DNA of 64,000 nucleotides from Candidatus Aenigmatarchaeota archaeon (GTDB lineage: Archaea > Aenigmatarchaeota > Aenigmatarchaeia > CG10238-14 > SCSR01): contig JAWBTW010000002.1 in the NCBI GenBank assembly GCA_039000165.1, positions 1-64,000 of the forward strand. The letters run 5' to 3'. Shown piece by piece: positions 37,970 through 47,378 of the stretch. Positions within the stretch are counted from its first letter, which is position 1. The number at the start of each line of letters is the position of its first letter. A program made the position numbers and the translations under genes. The notes beneath the pieces are model-generated. The model made no database searches. It was not told where the DNA came from and saw only the letters and a program-made list of their open reading frames with translations.

Positions 37970-38953
37970 TTAGCTACTAAAACTTCTCCAGTATTTTATG
38001 GCTATGCATTCGTTTAGTTCAAAATTTTTAAAAACTTCAAAAGTTTCCAATAGTTTTCTTAGTGGTGTTTTTAAACAATTTCCAACAACCAACTTTGGAA
38101 AAAAACCGCAAGGACTAACATCCCCATTCGCATAAATTGAAAAAACACCATCGCCCATAGGACATTTGAGACGATAAAACTGATCCATAACATTTCCGAA
38201 CCTTAATTTTTTTAACTTACGATAAATCCATCTTTCTTCTTTAGGGCTAAGCATTATCTCCAAACTTTCTTTGTTTTCTGGAATAAACCTCATTATTTTC
38301 CAAGCGCTTGGTTTAATTTTTTTCTTTATAAACTTAGCAAGTTTAGGAATCTCTCTGTAATTTAACTTTGTAGGGACGGTTATTATTCTTACTCTTATTC
38401 CATTTTCTTTAAGTATTTTAATACTTTCCAAGACCCTATCCCAAATATCAGCATTTCTCATCAAGTTATGTCCTTTTTTCATCCCATCTAAACTGACACT
38501 TACATAACTTACACAATTTTTTAGTTGGTTTGCCAACTCTTCGGTCATAGTAGTTCCGTTAGTTGTTATGGAACATGAAGCTCTTTTATAAGTGTATTTC
38601 AGAATTTTAATCAAATCTTTTCTTAAAGTTGGTTCACCACCACCAAAGCTTATGTGTAGTACACCAACCCCAAATACTTGATTAAGGATTTTTGAGAAAG
38701 AATTGAAAGGTAGTTCAAAAGGTCTATACCTGTTATGACAATGTCTGCATTTTAAGTTACACTTATAAGTTAAATCGATAAAAGCTTCGAAAAAATTATT
38801 TTCAAATTTAGGCTTAATTATCTTCACTCTGTTTGTACGAAGAAATTTAATTAGTTGGTTTTTGTTCAAAAGAAAAAATTCAAAACAGGAGGGGTCATAG
38901 CCAATTCCCCCTTCCTTTAAAAGTTTTACCCATTTAGTTTCCCCATTTTTCAA
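37970..38953 (-). CDS. Radical SAM protein with SPASM/twitch-type C-terminus (putative peptide maturase 2)
   Basis: CNLKCRHC, GVLHISFGGGEPTL (identical to 360-1352), CPMG...YANGDVSPCGF. Confidence 0.92.
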   Translation of the reverse strand: MKNGETKWVKLLKEGGIGYDPSCFEFFLLNKNQLIKFLRTNRVKIIKPKFENNFFEAFIDLTYKCNLKCRHCHNRYRPFELPFNSFSKILNQVFGVGVLHISFGGGEPTLRKDLIKILKYTYKRASCSITTNGTTMTEELANQLKNCVSYVSVSLDGMKKGHNLMRNADIWDRVLESIKILKENGIRVRIITVPTKLNYREIPKLAKFIKKKIKPSAWKIMRFIPENKESLEIMLSPKEERWIYRKLKKLRFGNVMDQFYRLKCPMGDGVFSIYANGDVSPCGFFPKLVVGNCLKTPLRKLLETFEVFKNFELNECIAIKYWRSFSS

Positions 38954-39011
38954 CAGCTTTCACCTTGCTCTTTTTCTCTTTGAAAACAAGCGGCGAACAA
39001 CATCTCTTCAT
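38934..39011 (-). CDS. Putative RiPP precursor peptide 2, 25 aa (MKRCCSPLVFKEKKSKVKAVEKWGN)
   Basis: Hand-translated; GAGGT SD; ATG 1 nt after the nucleotidyltransferase stop; overlaps the rSAM TTG start by 20 nt; homologous to 281-355. Confidence 0.8.
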   Translation of the reverse strand: MKRCCSPLVFKEKKSKVKAVEKWGN

Positions 39012-39012
39012 T

Positions 39013-39648
39013 TTACCTCACCTGTTTTTTAAATTTTTTAAGGTCATCGAAAGTATCTATCTCCAATATTGTATGGGGAGTATAAAAATAAAAAATGCTA
39101 TAGTTATGCGCTAGCAACAGGATTGCTAAGTCTGAATATTCAAAATTATCTTCTATTTTCTCTTCTATTTTTTTCAAAATACTTACGTTCCATATGGAAA
39201 GTGAAGTCGTAGGTTTAATATATTTCAGAGAACTTACTTTAACAGTTCTTCTCCTACCTTTTGCATGAAACAAGCAAGCTGGCTGGAGCTTTTTGTAAAC
39301 TTTTATGCTTTCTCTTATTACCTCACTTGGTTGGATTATGTCAGAAGGTAGGACTAAAACATCTTTCCCAGACTTAATATTTATTATTTCAAGCATATTA
39401 CGAACACAATAATCAGAACTTCCTACAAAATAGTTTATCTTTTTTTGTTGTAAGTAGGGAATGAAAGCTTCATGCCTATATCTGAGGCAAACTACTATGT
39501 TTGATTTTTTAATTCCACTTTCTAACAAACTATCAAGAGCATAATCTATCAATTTTTTGTTGTTGATTTCAATTAAAGGCTTTGGTATTTCATAAGTAAG
39601 TGGTCTTAATCTTTCCCCTTTTCCACCTGCCATTAAAATTGCCAGCAT
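39013..39648 (-). CDS. Nucleotidyltransferase (NTP_transferase family)
   Basis: AILMAGGKGERLRPLT...PKPL, PSD, EIDTFDDL. Confidence 0.88.
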   Translation of the reverse strand: MLAILMAGGKGERLRPLTYEIPKPLIEINNKKLIDYALDSLLESGIKKSNIVVCLRYRHEAFIPYLQQKKINYFVGSSDYCVRNMLEIINIKSGKDVLVLPSDIIQPSEVIRESIKVYKKLQPACLFHAKGRRRTVKVSSLKYIKPTTSLSIWNVSILKKIEEKIEDNFEYSDLAILLLAHNYSIFYFYTPHTILEIDTFDDLKKFKKQVR

Positions 39649-39662
39649 AACTTATCTTAACC

Positions 39663-40133
39663 CTATTTATACACTACTATTTTTGTTGTCTCAAAAGCAT
39701 CTTCCACAACTTTTTTGGGTTCTATTCCCCATTCTTTAATTAAGTCATGCGTTATATAGATGAAATATCCTTTATCCATTAGGTTTAGAGCTATAGTTAC
39801 AAGATAGTAGGGATTAAAATTCACCAAAATTGCCTTGTTTAAAAGTTCTCCTGCGTATTCAGTAGGAAAGATTATTAGTTTCAACCTGTGCTTTGAGTAT
39901 GGTGCAGGGATTTCAATTTCTTTTATGAAATCATCTATTGCCTTCTTCAATTTTTTACCTTCAAACACATCGATATAAATCTTAGCAACGTTTACTCTAA
40001 ACCAATAGCCTTTCCATTCAGCATCAAAATGTGTCTTGCTTATATCTTCGAACCTTATTCCTGGGAATTTTTTTCTTAAATTTTTTTTAACAAGATTTTT
40101 AATTAACATCTTCCCAATTAAAGTTAGATACAA
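39663..40133 (-). CDS. Hypothetical protein (weak DUF1444/YtpQ-like)
   Basis: YIT..LIKEWGI....V...A pattern; probable start at ATG 40109. Confidence 0.55.
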   Translation of the reverse strand: MYLTLIGKMLIKNLVKKNLRKKFPGIRFEDISKTHFDAEWKGYWFRVNVAKIYIDVFEGKKLKKAIDDFIKEIEIPAPYSKHRLKLIIFPTEYAGELLNKAILVNFNPYYLVTIALNLMDKGYFIYITHDLIKEWGIEPKKVVEDAFETTKIVVYK

Positions 40134-40229
40134 AAAAAGATAAAAAATTTTCTTTTGATTTGAGAGTTAAACTTAAATCTCAATCTTTAAGTTAAATTAT
40201 TTGTTTACCAATTTATTAGAGGTGAGAAA

Positions 40230-41000
40230 TTGCCAAGAAGAAAGGGCTTGCCTGAATGGGGAGAGCTCGTTTTATGTACTGTTCAAAGAATCTCACCTTA
40301 TGCTGCTTGGTGCAAGCTTGAAGAGTATCCAGAAGCTGAAGGGATGATTCATGTCTCTGAAGTTAGCGGAAAATGGGTTCATGATATTAGAGAATTTGTC
40401 AAAGTTAATAAGCAATATGTTGCTAAAGTTGTGAAGATAGACTATCAAAAAAAGTTTGTAAATTTAAGCCTGAAAAGAGTCAGCGATGAAGAAAAAAAGG
40501 AAAAAATGAATTCTTACAGAAAAGAACAAAGAGCAGAAAAAATTTTAGAACAAGTAGCAAAAGAGTTTGGAAAAACTCTGGAGCAAGCTTATCAAGAGGT
40601 TGGATTTCTTTTGCAGGAAAAGTTTGGCAGCATTTATTCTGCTTTTGAGGAAGCAAGAAAAACACCTGAAATTCTTGAGAAAAAAGGAGTAGCTAAGGAA
40701 TGGGTAGAAGCTTTAACTAAAGCTATAGAGAAGAGTTTCAAGGAAAAAGAAGTTAAGATAAAGGCTGAGCTTGAACTCAAAAGCTATGCAAGCGATGGAA
40801 TAAAAAGAATTAAGGAAATTCTTTTGAACTTACAAAAAAACGGAATAAAAGTGAAGTACATAAGCGCTCCTCGCTATAGAGTTGAAATTGAAGGCAAAAA
40901 CCCGAAAAATCTTGAGAAAAAGCTTGTAGAAAACTTGGAAAACGCTTTAAGGGAAATAAAGAAAGCAGAAGGAGAGGGGAACTACAGGTTAATAAAATGA
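40230..41000 (+). CDS. eif2a: Translation initiation factor 2 subunit alpha
   Basis: LPEWGELV, S1 domain IHVSEV, LSLKRV, APRYR. Confidence 0.93.
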   Translation: MPRRKGLPEWGELVLCTVQRISPYAAWCKLEEYPEAEGMIHVSEVSGKWVHDIREFVKVNKQYVAKVVKIDYQKKFVNLSLKRVSDEEKKEKMNSYRKEQRAEKILEQVAKEFGKTLEQAYQEVGFLLQEKFGSIYSAFEEARKTPEILEKKGVAKEWVEALTKAIEKSFKEKEVKIKAELELKSYASDGIKRIKEILLNLQKNGIKVKYISAPRYRVEIEGKNPKNLEKKLVENLENALREIKKAEGEGNYRLIK

Positions 41001-41152
41001 AGATGAGAAAGTGTAATTCTTGCAAAACCTATACTTTTAAGGAAAACTGCCCAAAATGTAATCAAAAAACTGTTTCGCCTCTACCGCCTCCTTATTCGCC
41101 AGATGACAAGTATGGAAAATACAGAAGAAGGTTAAAGAGTGAAATGATTTAA
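40997..41152 (+). CDS. nop10: RNA-protein complex protein Nop10, 51 aa (not in ORF track)
   Basis: MRKCNSC.TYT...CPKC...P.YSPDDKYGKYRR; conserved aIF2a-nop10-PAC2 order. Confidence 0.93.
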   Translation: MKMRKCNSCKTYTFKENCPKCNQKTVSPLPPPYSPDDKYGKYRRRLKSEMI

Positions 41153-41184
41153 ATATATTTGTTAAAAAGAAAATATGTGATATT

Positions 41185-41979
41185 ATGGCAACTTGGATAA
41201 GAGAACTTGAAAAACCAAAGCTGAAAAATCCTTTGTTTATCGAAGGTCTGCCAGGAGTAGGTAATGTTGGAAGAATCGCAGCAGGTTACTTAGTAGAAGA
41301 ATTGAAAGCAAAAAAATTTGCAGAACTTTATTCTTCACATTTCATGCCTTTTGTTCTGCTTCATCAAAGCTCTGCAGTGCATGTTTTAAAAAACGAATTT
41401 TACTACTGGAAGGCTAAGGAAAAAAACCAAAGGGACTTGATAATATTAATAGGAGATAGTCAAAGTGTTGACCCAGAAGGACATTATGAAATTGTTAACA
41501 CTATCCTAGACTATATTGAGAAGTTTGGGGTAAAAGAAATAATAACTTTGGCAGGCCTAAGCATAGGAGAAATGGTAGAAAAACCAAAGGTTGTGGGAGC
41601 AGTAAGTGATGAGGAAATGATTAAAAAATATCGAAAGTACGAGATTGACTTCGAGGCAGGAAGTAGAATCGGAACAATAGTTGGTGCTTCTGGCTTGATG
41701 ATAGGTTTGGGAAAAATAAGAGGGATGAAAGGGGTTTGTCTTTTGGGAGAAACAGTAGGCTTCCCCATAATTCCAGACCCGAAAAGCGCAGAAGCTTTGT
41801 TAAGAGTTGTAGTTAAAATACTGAACGTAAAAATAGACACGAGCAAAATAGAGAAGAAAGTGAAGGAAATGGAAGAGTTTATAAAGAAAATTGAAGATGT
41901 GCAGAAAAGGGCTTTAGGACAACTTCTTAAGCCTATGGAAAAACCAGGAAAAGAAGAGAAGCTTAGTTATATAGGTTAA
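41185..41979 (+). CDS. Proteasome assembly chaperone PAC2 family
   Basis: EGLPGVGNVG, GDSQ, CLLGET, PDPKSA. Confidence 0.9.
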   Translation: MATWIRELEKPKLKNPLFIEGLPGVGNVGRIAAGYLVEELKAKKFAELYSSHFMPFVLLHQSSAVHVLKNEFYYWKAKEKNQRDLIILIGDSQSVDPEGHYEIVNTILDYIEKFGVKEIITLAGLSIGEMVEKPKVVGAVSDEEMIKKYRKYEIDFEAGSRIGTIVGASGLMIGLGKIRGMKGVCLLGETVGFPIIPDPKSAEALLRVVVKILNVKIDTSKIEKKVKEMEEFIKKIEDVQKRALGQLLKPMEKPGKEEKLSYIG

Positions 41980-41983
41980 GAAA

Positions 41984-42574
41984 ATGGCAACAAAACTTTT
42001 AATACCTAGAGAGCAATATTTGGCATCTGGAATTCATATAGGAATGAAGCAAAAGACTAAGGATATGAAGGAGTTTATATACAAAATAAGAGAAGATGGT
42101 CTATGCATTCTAAACCTAAAAAAGGTTGATGAAAGGATAAGAGTTGCCGCAAAATTTCTAGCCAGGCATAGAAAAATTCTTGTAGTAAGCAGAAAATCTG
42201 CAGTCCAAGAAGGAATAAAGAAGTTTGCAGAAATTATAGGAGCAAAAGCCATTGTTGGAAGGTTCATGCCAGGAACTTTAACGAACCCTTCTTACAAAGA
42301 ATACTATGAAGCAGAGGTTGTTTTTATTTTTGACCCTTTGATAGACTATCAAGCTTTGAAAGAAGCAGTAAAGGCAAGAATTCCTGTAGTTGCTCTTTGT
42401 GACACTATAAACGAAACTAAGAATATTGACTTAGTAGTTCCTGCTAACAACAAAGGGAAGAAGGCCTTGGCAACTATTCTTTGGCTTTTGGCAAGAGAAA
42501 TACTCAAAGAAAGGAAGGAGATAAAAGCTGACTCAGAGTTTACTTACAAAGTTGAGGATTTTGCCAAAGCTTAA
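41984..42574 (+). CDS. rps2: 30S ribosomal protein S2
   Basis: YLASGIHIG, GRFMPGTLTNP, PANNKG. Confidence 0.96.
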   Translation: MATKLLIPREQYLASGIHIGMKQKTKDMKEFIYKIREDGLCILNLKKVDERIRVAAKFLARHRKILVVSRKSAVQEGIKKFAEIIGAKAIVGRFMPGTLTNPSYKEYYEAEVVFIFDPLIDYQALKEAVKARIPVVALCDTINETKNIDLVVPANNKGKKALATILWLLAREILKERKEIKADSEFTYKVEDFAKA

Positions 42575-43284
42575 ACTCTTAGAACTTCTATCCCGTTTTC
42601 TCTTATAACAAAAGGGTGAATCAAAGTAGAATGCTTGCTTCTTCTCATCTTTCTTATGGTCAAAGTTCTTTGATACTCTTTTGCGATATAAACAAAATCA
42701 AGCTTAATTATAGTATCGACAACAAATTCTAGAAATTGCAACCTGCTTACTCCTGCTTCTGACTCTGGAACTTCTGAGATAAAAATTGTGGTCACACCTC
42801 TTTCTTTTAAAGCATCTACTAGCGAAACAACTTCAGAGCGTATCATATATTTATCTTTAAACATCATCTCTATTGCTGAGATGGAATCTATAACAAGTCT
42901 TTTCGCCTTAATTTTATCCACAGCCTCAAGAATTTTTTGAACTATTTGATAAAACCCCATTGAAAGAACTTCCTTTTTCTCCACAGGATGCCAAACCCTT
43001 TTTATTCTTAAAGGAAGCCATAAAAGCTTGTTCTTTTTTTCAAAAGGCTCTAAATCCCAGCCAAAAGTTTCTTCTATATCTTTTTTTATATCCTCGACTC
43101 TCTCCTCAAAAGTTACGTAGACTGCAGGCTCGTTTTTTAGCAAGCCATCGTACAAAAATTGAACTGAAAAAAGAGTTTTACCGCTTCCTGTTTTTCCACT
43201 AACCATTATAGAAGAAGAGCGAATAAAGCCTCCTCCCATTAGTTCGTCCAAACCTTTAATTCCTGAGGAAACTCTTTCTGCCAT
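42571..43284 (-). CDS. KaiC/RAD55-family ATPase
   Basis: SGIKGLD, GKTGSGKT, VIDS, IRKMR. Confidence 0.9.
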   Translation of the reverse strand: MAERVSSGIKGLDELMGGGFIRSSSIMVSGKTGSGKTLFSVQFLYDGLLKNEPAVYVTFEERVEDIKKDIEETFGWDLEPFEKKNKLLWLPLRIKRVWHPVEKKEVLSMGFYQIVQKILEAVDKIKAKRLVIDSISAIEMMFKDKYMIRSEVVSLVDALKERGVTTIFISEVPESEAGVSRLQFLEFVVDTIIKLDFVYIAKEYQRTLTIRKMRRSKHSTLIHPFVIRENGIEVLRV

Positions 43285-43361
43285 AATATTAATTTCTTTT
43301 TCCTTTCTCTTATTTTTAAACTAAAAGAAAAATTTATAAGTTGTTGGGCTAATAAAAATAT

Positions 43362-43621
43362 AGGCGAGCTAGCCAGGTAGCTTCGGCTTTGCATCAAAGC
43401 AAAGCTGAGGAAGTTCCCTCCATCCCTTAAGGTGCTGCGCAAGCAGCAGGCTGAGAAGCCTCTGCCAGAATCAGAAACGAGACCTTTTAGCTTCGCTAAC
43501 CATGATGCGAAAGCTGAGTTGGGGCTAAAAGGATGAAACGGTCTGGCAGGCCTGGGATGCAAGTTTGAAACGCTTAGACAAATGCTACCAAAACATAAGA
43601 GGGGCTATGGCTAGCACGCCT
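43362..43621 (+). ncRNA. rnpB: Archaeal RNase P RNA
   Basis: GC-rich island; P1 AGGCG.GCTAGCCA/TGGCTAGC.CGCCT; GAGGAAGTTCCC, CAGAAA, TGAAACG, GATGCAAG, AAACATAAGAGGGGCTA. Confidence 0.93.
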
Positions 43622-43710
43622 TTCTTTTTTCAATTTTAAAAAGAAAAAAAGCTAAAAATTTTTAAATTCTTTAAAAAACCTTTTTAAACTCATTTTTCCT
43701 ACTCATTTTA

Positions 43711-44367
43711 ATGAGTCTTTCGATAATGGGAATACTTTACGATTTTGACGGAACCATAGTAAAATCAGATAAGTTTATAAGAGAAACTTATTACGAGATT
43801 TGTAAAGAAATGGGAATAAAACCTAGCTTGAGTTACAGAATGTTGCAACGCTTACACTATGACTGGAAAAAATTTTTGAGAAGGCAAAAAATAGATCCAG
43901 AAAAAGCAGAAGAAGCTTATAAAAATAAAACTGATAAAATAAAAGTCATACCAGAAGTGAAAAAGGTTCTGAAGTACAATAAAAAACATGGAAAAATTCA
44001 AGGTATAGTAACTCATTCTCCAAGAAGTGCTGTTGAGGAAATAGCCAGAAAAAATAAAATTGAAGAGTATATAGACGGAATGATAACTTGGGATGAAATA
44101 GAGGAAAGAAACTTAAGACCAAAACCTGAGCCTGATGCTTTGGTTTGCTTGGCAAGAGACTTAAATTTAGAAACAAAAAAATGTCTTTATGTGGGAAACA
44201 GCAAGGAAGATATTATCGCTGGAAAAAGGGCTGGCATGTTAACCTTAGGGTTTTGTTGTGAACGTGATTTAAGAGTTATAGCAAGATTAAGAGCAGCAAA
44301 CCCGTACTTTGGTGTTATAACTTCGCCTCAACATCTTTATATATATTTCCAACGTCTAATTTTTTAG
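43711..44367 (+). CDS. HAD-family hydrolase (phosphoglycolate phosphatase-like)
   Basis: YDFDGT, VT, KPEP, YVGN...DI.AG..AG. Confidence 0.88.
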   Translation: MSLSIMGILYDFDGTIVKSDKFIRETYYEICKEMGIKPSLSYRMLQRLHYDWKKFLRRQKIDPEKAEEAYKNKTDKIKVIPEVKKVLKYNKKHGKIQGIVTHSPRSAVEEIARKNKIEEYIDGMITWDEIEERNLRPKPEPDALVCLARDLNLETKKCLYVGNSKEDIIAGKRAGMLTLGFCCERDLRVIARLRAANPYFGVITSPQHLYIYFQRLIF

Positions 44368-44486
44368 TATGAAAAGAAAAAATTTGGAAGAACTTGAGTT
44401 TGTAAAGTTCCTGAGAATTTCTGAAGAATTCATCCAAAACTTTATGGAGGAAGAAAACGTTTATTATTACCCAAACTAGTGGTGCT

Positions 44487-44651
44487 ATGGCAAGAAGAGA
44501 AAAACTATACATGCCTATGGGGGCAGGAGGTTTACTCAGATATCCTGAAGAGGAAAAAGAAGTTATAAAGATAAAACCTGAACATGTTGTTTACATAGTT
44601 ATTGCTATAATTCTTATGGAAATAATTCTCAGGATTGTTTTTCCAATTTAG
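44487..44651 (+). CDS. secG: Preprotein translocase subunit Sec61-beta/SecG, 54 aa (not in ORF track)
   Basis: MP.GAGGLLRY.EE...IKPEHVV followed by a TM. Confidence 0.88.
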   Translation: MARREKLYMPMGAGGLLRYPEEEKEVIKIKPEHVVYIVIAIILMEIILRIVFPI

Positions 44652-44689
44652 CAAAAATTAATTCTTTTAAAACTTGAAAATAAATTAGT

Positions 44690-45520
44690 ATGATTTGGCT
44701 TGGTCCTGCTGGAATTCCTACAGTAGCAAAGGATAGAAGCACACTAGGAGGAATTAGAACTGTTTCTGAGCTTAAGCTTAACGCTATGGAAATAGAGTTT
44801 GTTAGAAACGTTTATTTGAGCGAGAAAGCTGCAGAAGAAGCTGGAGAATTAGCAGAAAGCTTAGGAATAAAGCTTTCTGTTCATGCTCCTTACTTTCTTA
44901 ACCTTTGCTCAGCAAAAAAGCAAACTGTAGAAGCGAGCAAAAAATTTATTCTTGATTCCATGGATAGAGCTGAAAGGCTTAAAGCTGAGGTTGTGGTTGC
45001 TCACTTAGCTTATTATTCTGGTTTAGAAAAGGAAAAGGCTTTTGAAATAGTAGAAAGAGAAGTTAAAGATATTTTGGAAAAAGCAAAAGAAAAAGGAATA
45101 AAAAAAGTTTTGCTTGCAGGAGAAACTACAGGAAAAGTAAGTCAGTTTGGAACTTTGGAAGAATTGGTTAAGTTGAGCAAAAGAGTTAAAGGTTTCACTT
45201 TAGTTCTAGATCCTGCTCATATATTTGCGAGAAATTGCGGAAAAATAGATTACAAGAGAATTTTTGATGAAGTAGAAGAACTAAAACTTAAGCACTTGCA
45301 CATGCATTTTTCTGGCATAAAGTTCACTCCTGTTAAAGCGACAGGTTTTGGTAACGAGAAAGAGCATGTTCCTATGGATAATTCACCACCTTTTGAGCCT
45401 TTAGCAAAAGAAATTTTGAAAAGAAAGCTTAACGTTACCATAATTTCTGAATCGCCGATATTAGAGCAAGACAGCTTAAAGATGAAAAAAGTATTTGAAA
45501 GTTTGGGTTATAAGTTTTAG
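44690..45520 (+). CDS. Endonuclease IV-like TIM-barrel protein
   Basis: GPAGIP, EIEFVR, SVHAPYFLNL, ETTGK..QFG, HMHFSG, ISESP. Confidence 0.9.
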   Translation: MIWLGPAGIPTVAKDRSTLGGIRTVSELKLNAMEIEFVRNVYLSEKAAEEAGELAESLGIKLSVHAPYFLNLCSAKKQTVEASKKFILDSMDRAERLKAEVVVAHLAYYSGLEKEKAFEIVEREVKDILEKAKEKGIKKVLLAGETTGKVSQFGTLEELVKLSKRVKGFTLVLDPAHIFARNCGKIDYKRIFDEVEELKLKHLHMHFSGIKFTPVKATGFGNEKEHVPMDNSPPFEPLAKEILKRKLNVTIISESPILEQDSLKMKKVFESLGYKF

Positions 45521-46031
45521 TATGAAAAGTAAGCTAGAAGAATTGATTGAGAGATTTAGCGAAGAGGTTTTTAAACCATCTCTTTATGATAGCAAGTTGG
45601 TAGAAGAAATAATTGAAAAATCAAGAAGCGAAAGTTTTGATAAATTTTCAAAGTATTTTGAAAAGAGTGGATTAAAAAAAGAGGAGAGAAAAGCAGTAAA
45701 AGATTTTCTTGAAAAATTTTGTAAAAAAACTGGCTATGCTTGGAAGCCTGGGTTATGTAGATACATTCCGAAAGTTGTTGAGCTAGCAAAACAAACTTTG
45801 AAAGAGTCTTGTGCAAAAAATTATTTTTATGAAATTGTCTTGAAAAATTATGATGATAGGCATTTCTTCTTGCTGATGCTTTCTTTTGAAGGAAAAAAAT
45901 TTGTTGTTGACCCTACAGGAGTTCCTGAAAAAGAAAGGACATGGGCTTTTCCAGACGATATAAAACCTTATTTTGGTTTAATAGAAAAGGCAAAGGGTTT
46001 TCATAAAGTAGTTTATCAAAATTCACTCTGA
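45521..46031 (+). CDS. Hypothetical protein with possible papain/transglutaminase-like C-H-D triad
   Basis: GLC...HFFL...VVDPTG; probable start MKSKL. Confidence 0.55.
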
Positions 46032-46715
46032 GAATTTTTTGAGAATTAAAGTGAAAAGAAAGCCGAAGATAAAGCCACCAACATGGGCAAAAAATGCTAT
46101 ACCACTTCCTATTCCTCCAAGAAAGCTTATAGTACCAAAGAGAAACTGAATAAAAAACCAAAAGCCTATGACTATGAAAGCTGGGATTCTTACAAACATA
46201 TAGCCAAACCTTGTTAAAATCGTTTCTCTTGGGAAAAGAAGCAAGTAAGAGCCTAGAATTCCTGAAATTGCTCCGGAAGCTCCTATTGCAGGAATTTCTG
46301 AGTTTAAGTTTGTTATGTAGTGAAGGAAAGTTGCTCCTATTCCTGAGAGAAAGTAGAGCAAAAGAAACTTTATTTTTCCTAGCTTATCCTCAACGTTATC
46401 ACCAAAAATCCAAAGGTACCACATGTTTCCAAAAATGTGGTCTATGCCGCCATGCAAAAACATAGAAGTGAAAATCATTGCTATCGATGAAAAAGAGAAA
46501 AAAGAAAATTTTGCTGGAATAAAACCATACCTTATGTAAACTTCTGGAATTAATACACGCTCGCCTTCAATAACATAAGGAACTTCTTCTGAAGTTAGGC
46601 TCCAGATAAAAATCGAAACGTTTAGAATTATTAAAAGAATTGTTAAAATTGGGAAAGTTTTTCTTGGAGCTGAGTCTGCAAAAGGAAAGAATTGACCTTT
46701 TTTGCTTTTAACCAT
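46023..46715 (-). CDS. Rhomboid intramembrane serine protease
   Basis: SMFLHGG..H..GNM, GASGA, AHVGGF. Confidence 0.95.
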   Translation of the reverse strand: MVKSKKGQFFPFADSAPRKTFPILTILLIILNVSIFIWSLTSEEVPYVIEGERVLIPEVYIRYGFIPAKFSFFSFSSIAMIFTSMFLHGGIDHIFGNMWYLWIFGDNVEDKLGKIKFLLLYFLSGIGATFLHYITNLNSEIPAIGASGAISGILGSYLLLFPRETILTRFGYMFVRIPAFIVIGFWFFIQFLFGTISFLGGIGSGIAFFAHVGGFIFGFLFTLILKKFSE

Positions 46716-46856
46716 ACTGTAGATTTGCTTTTCAAAAATAAAAATTTTAAAAATTTGTTACAAGTTTGCGTCGTAAGAATTTTAAAGTAAAAGGAAGTTA
46801 ACCTTAAAAAAAGAAAGATTTTAATACATTTTTTTTAAAATTATTTTAGGGAGAAA

Positions 46857-47378
46857 ATGTCGATAAGAAGTACTTTTTACGAGGAATTAGTAAGATACGG
46901 AATAGATCCTTTAGAAGTGGTTAAAATCGAGTTTAAGAAAAGTAGGAAAGGAACTAAAGTAGTTGTTCATACAACGAACAAACCGATTAATATATCCGAC
47001 CCCTATTTTGTAACGCTAGCTAAAGCGACAGCCTTACAAGTTCCGTTAGAAAAACTTTTTTCCAGGGATTACTTACTTAAAAGGCTTTACGGAATAATCA
47101 CCGTTTTTGAAGGAAAGGAAATGCCGTTTTCTGAATTTCTCCTTTTGAACGCAAAGGTATCAACAGAAGAAATAGCCAAAAGGTTGGAAGAGTTAGAAAG
47201 AAAGTATTCCGTGGATAAGCATTTGAAAGATTACAAGGAAGGGTTGAAAATAAGAATTTATAAAAAATTAGCCTTAACTTGCGGTATATCCTTTAGAGAT
47301 TTCGAAAAAGATAACGAAGACAGCACTACTGAAAACCTGATAGATGTTTTAGCCCATTACTATTATCAAAGCACGTAA
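46857..47378 (+). CDS. Hypothetical protein
   Basis: 173-aa ORF with GGGAG SD. Confidence 0.65.
   Translation: MSIRSTFYEELVRYGIDPLEVVKIEFKKSRKGTKVVVHTTNKPINISDPYFVTLAKATALQVPLEKLFSRDYLLKRLYGIITVFEGKEMPFSEFLLLNAKVSTEEIAKRLEELERKYSVDKHLKDYKEGLKIRIYKKLALTCGISFRDFEKDNEDSTTENLIDVLAHYYYQST

Noticed and set aside
38894..38933. ATG directly after the precursor 2 stop as the rSAM start
   Set aside because: Out of frame with the rSAM and closes after a few codons; TTG 38953 retained
43239..43562. 107-aa ORF on the minus strand
   Set aside because: Antisense to the RNase P RNA; an artefact of its GC-rich sequence
46680..46715. KKGQ at the rhomboid N-terminus as a class III signal peptide
   Set aside because: Not followed directly by a hydrophobic helix; the P..D..P segment is normal for this rhomboid subfamily
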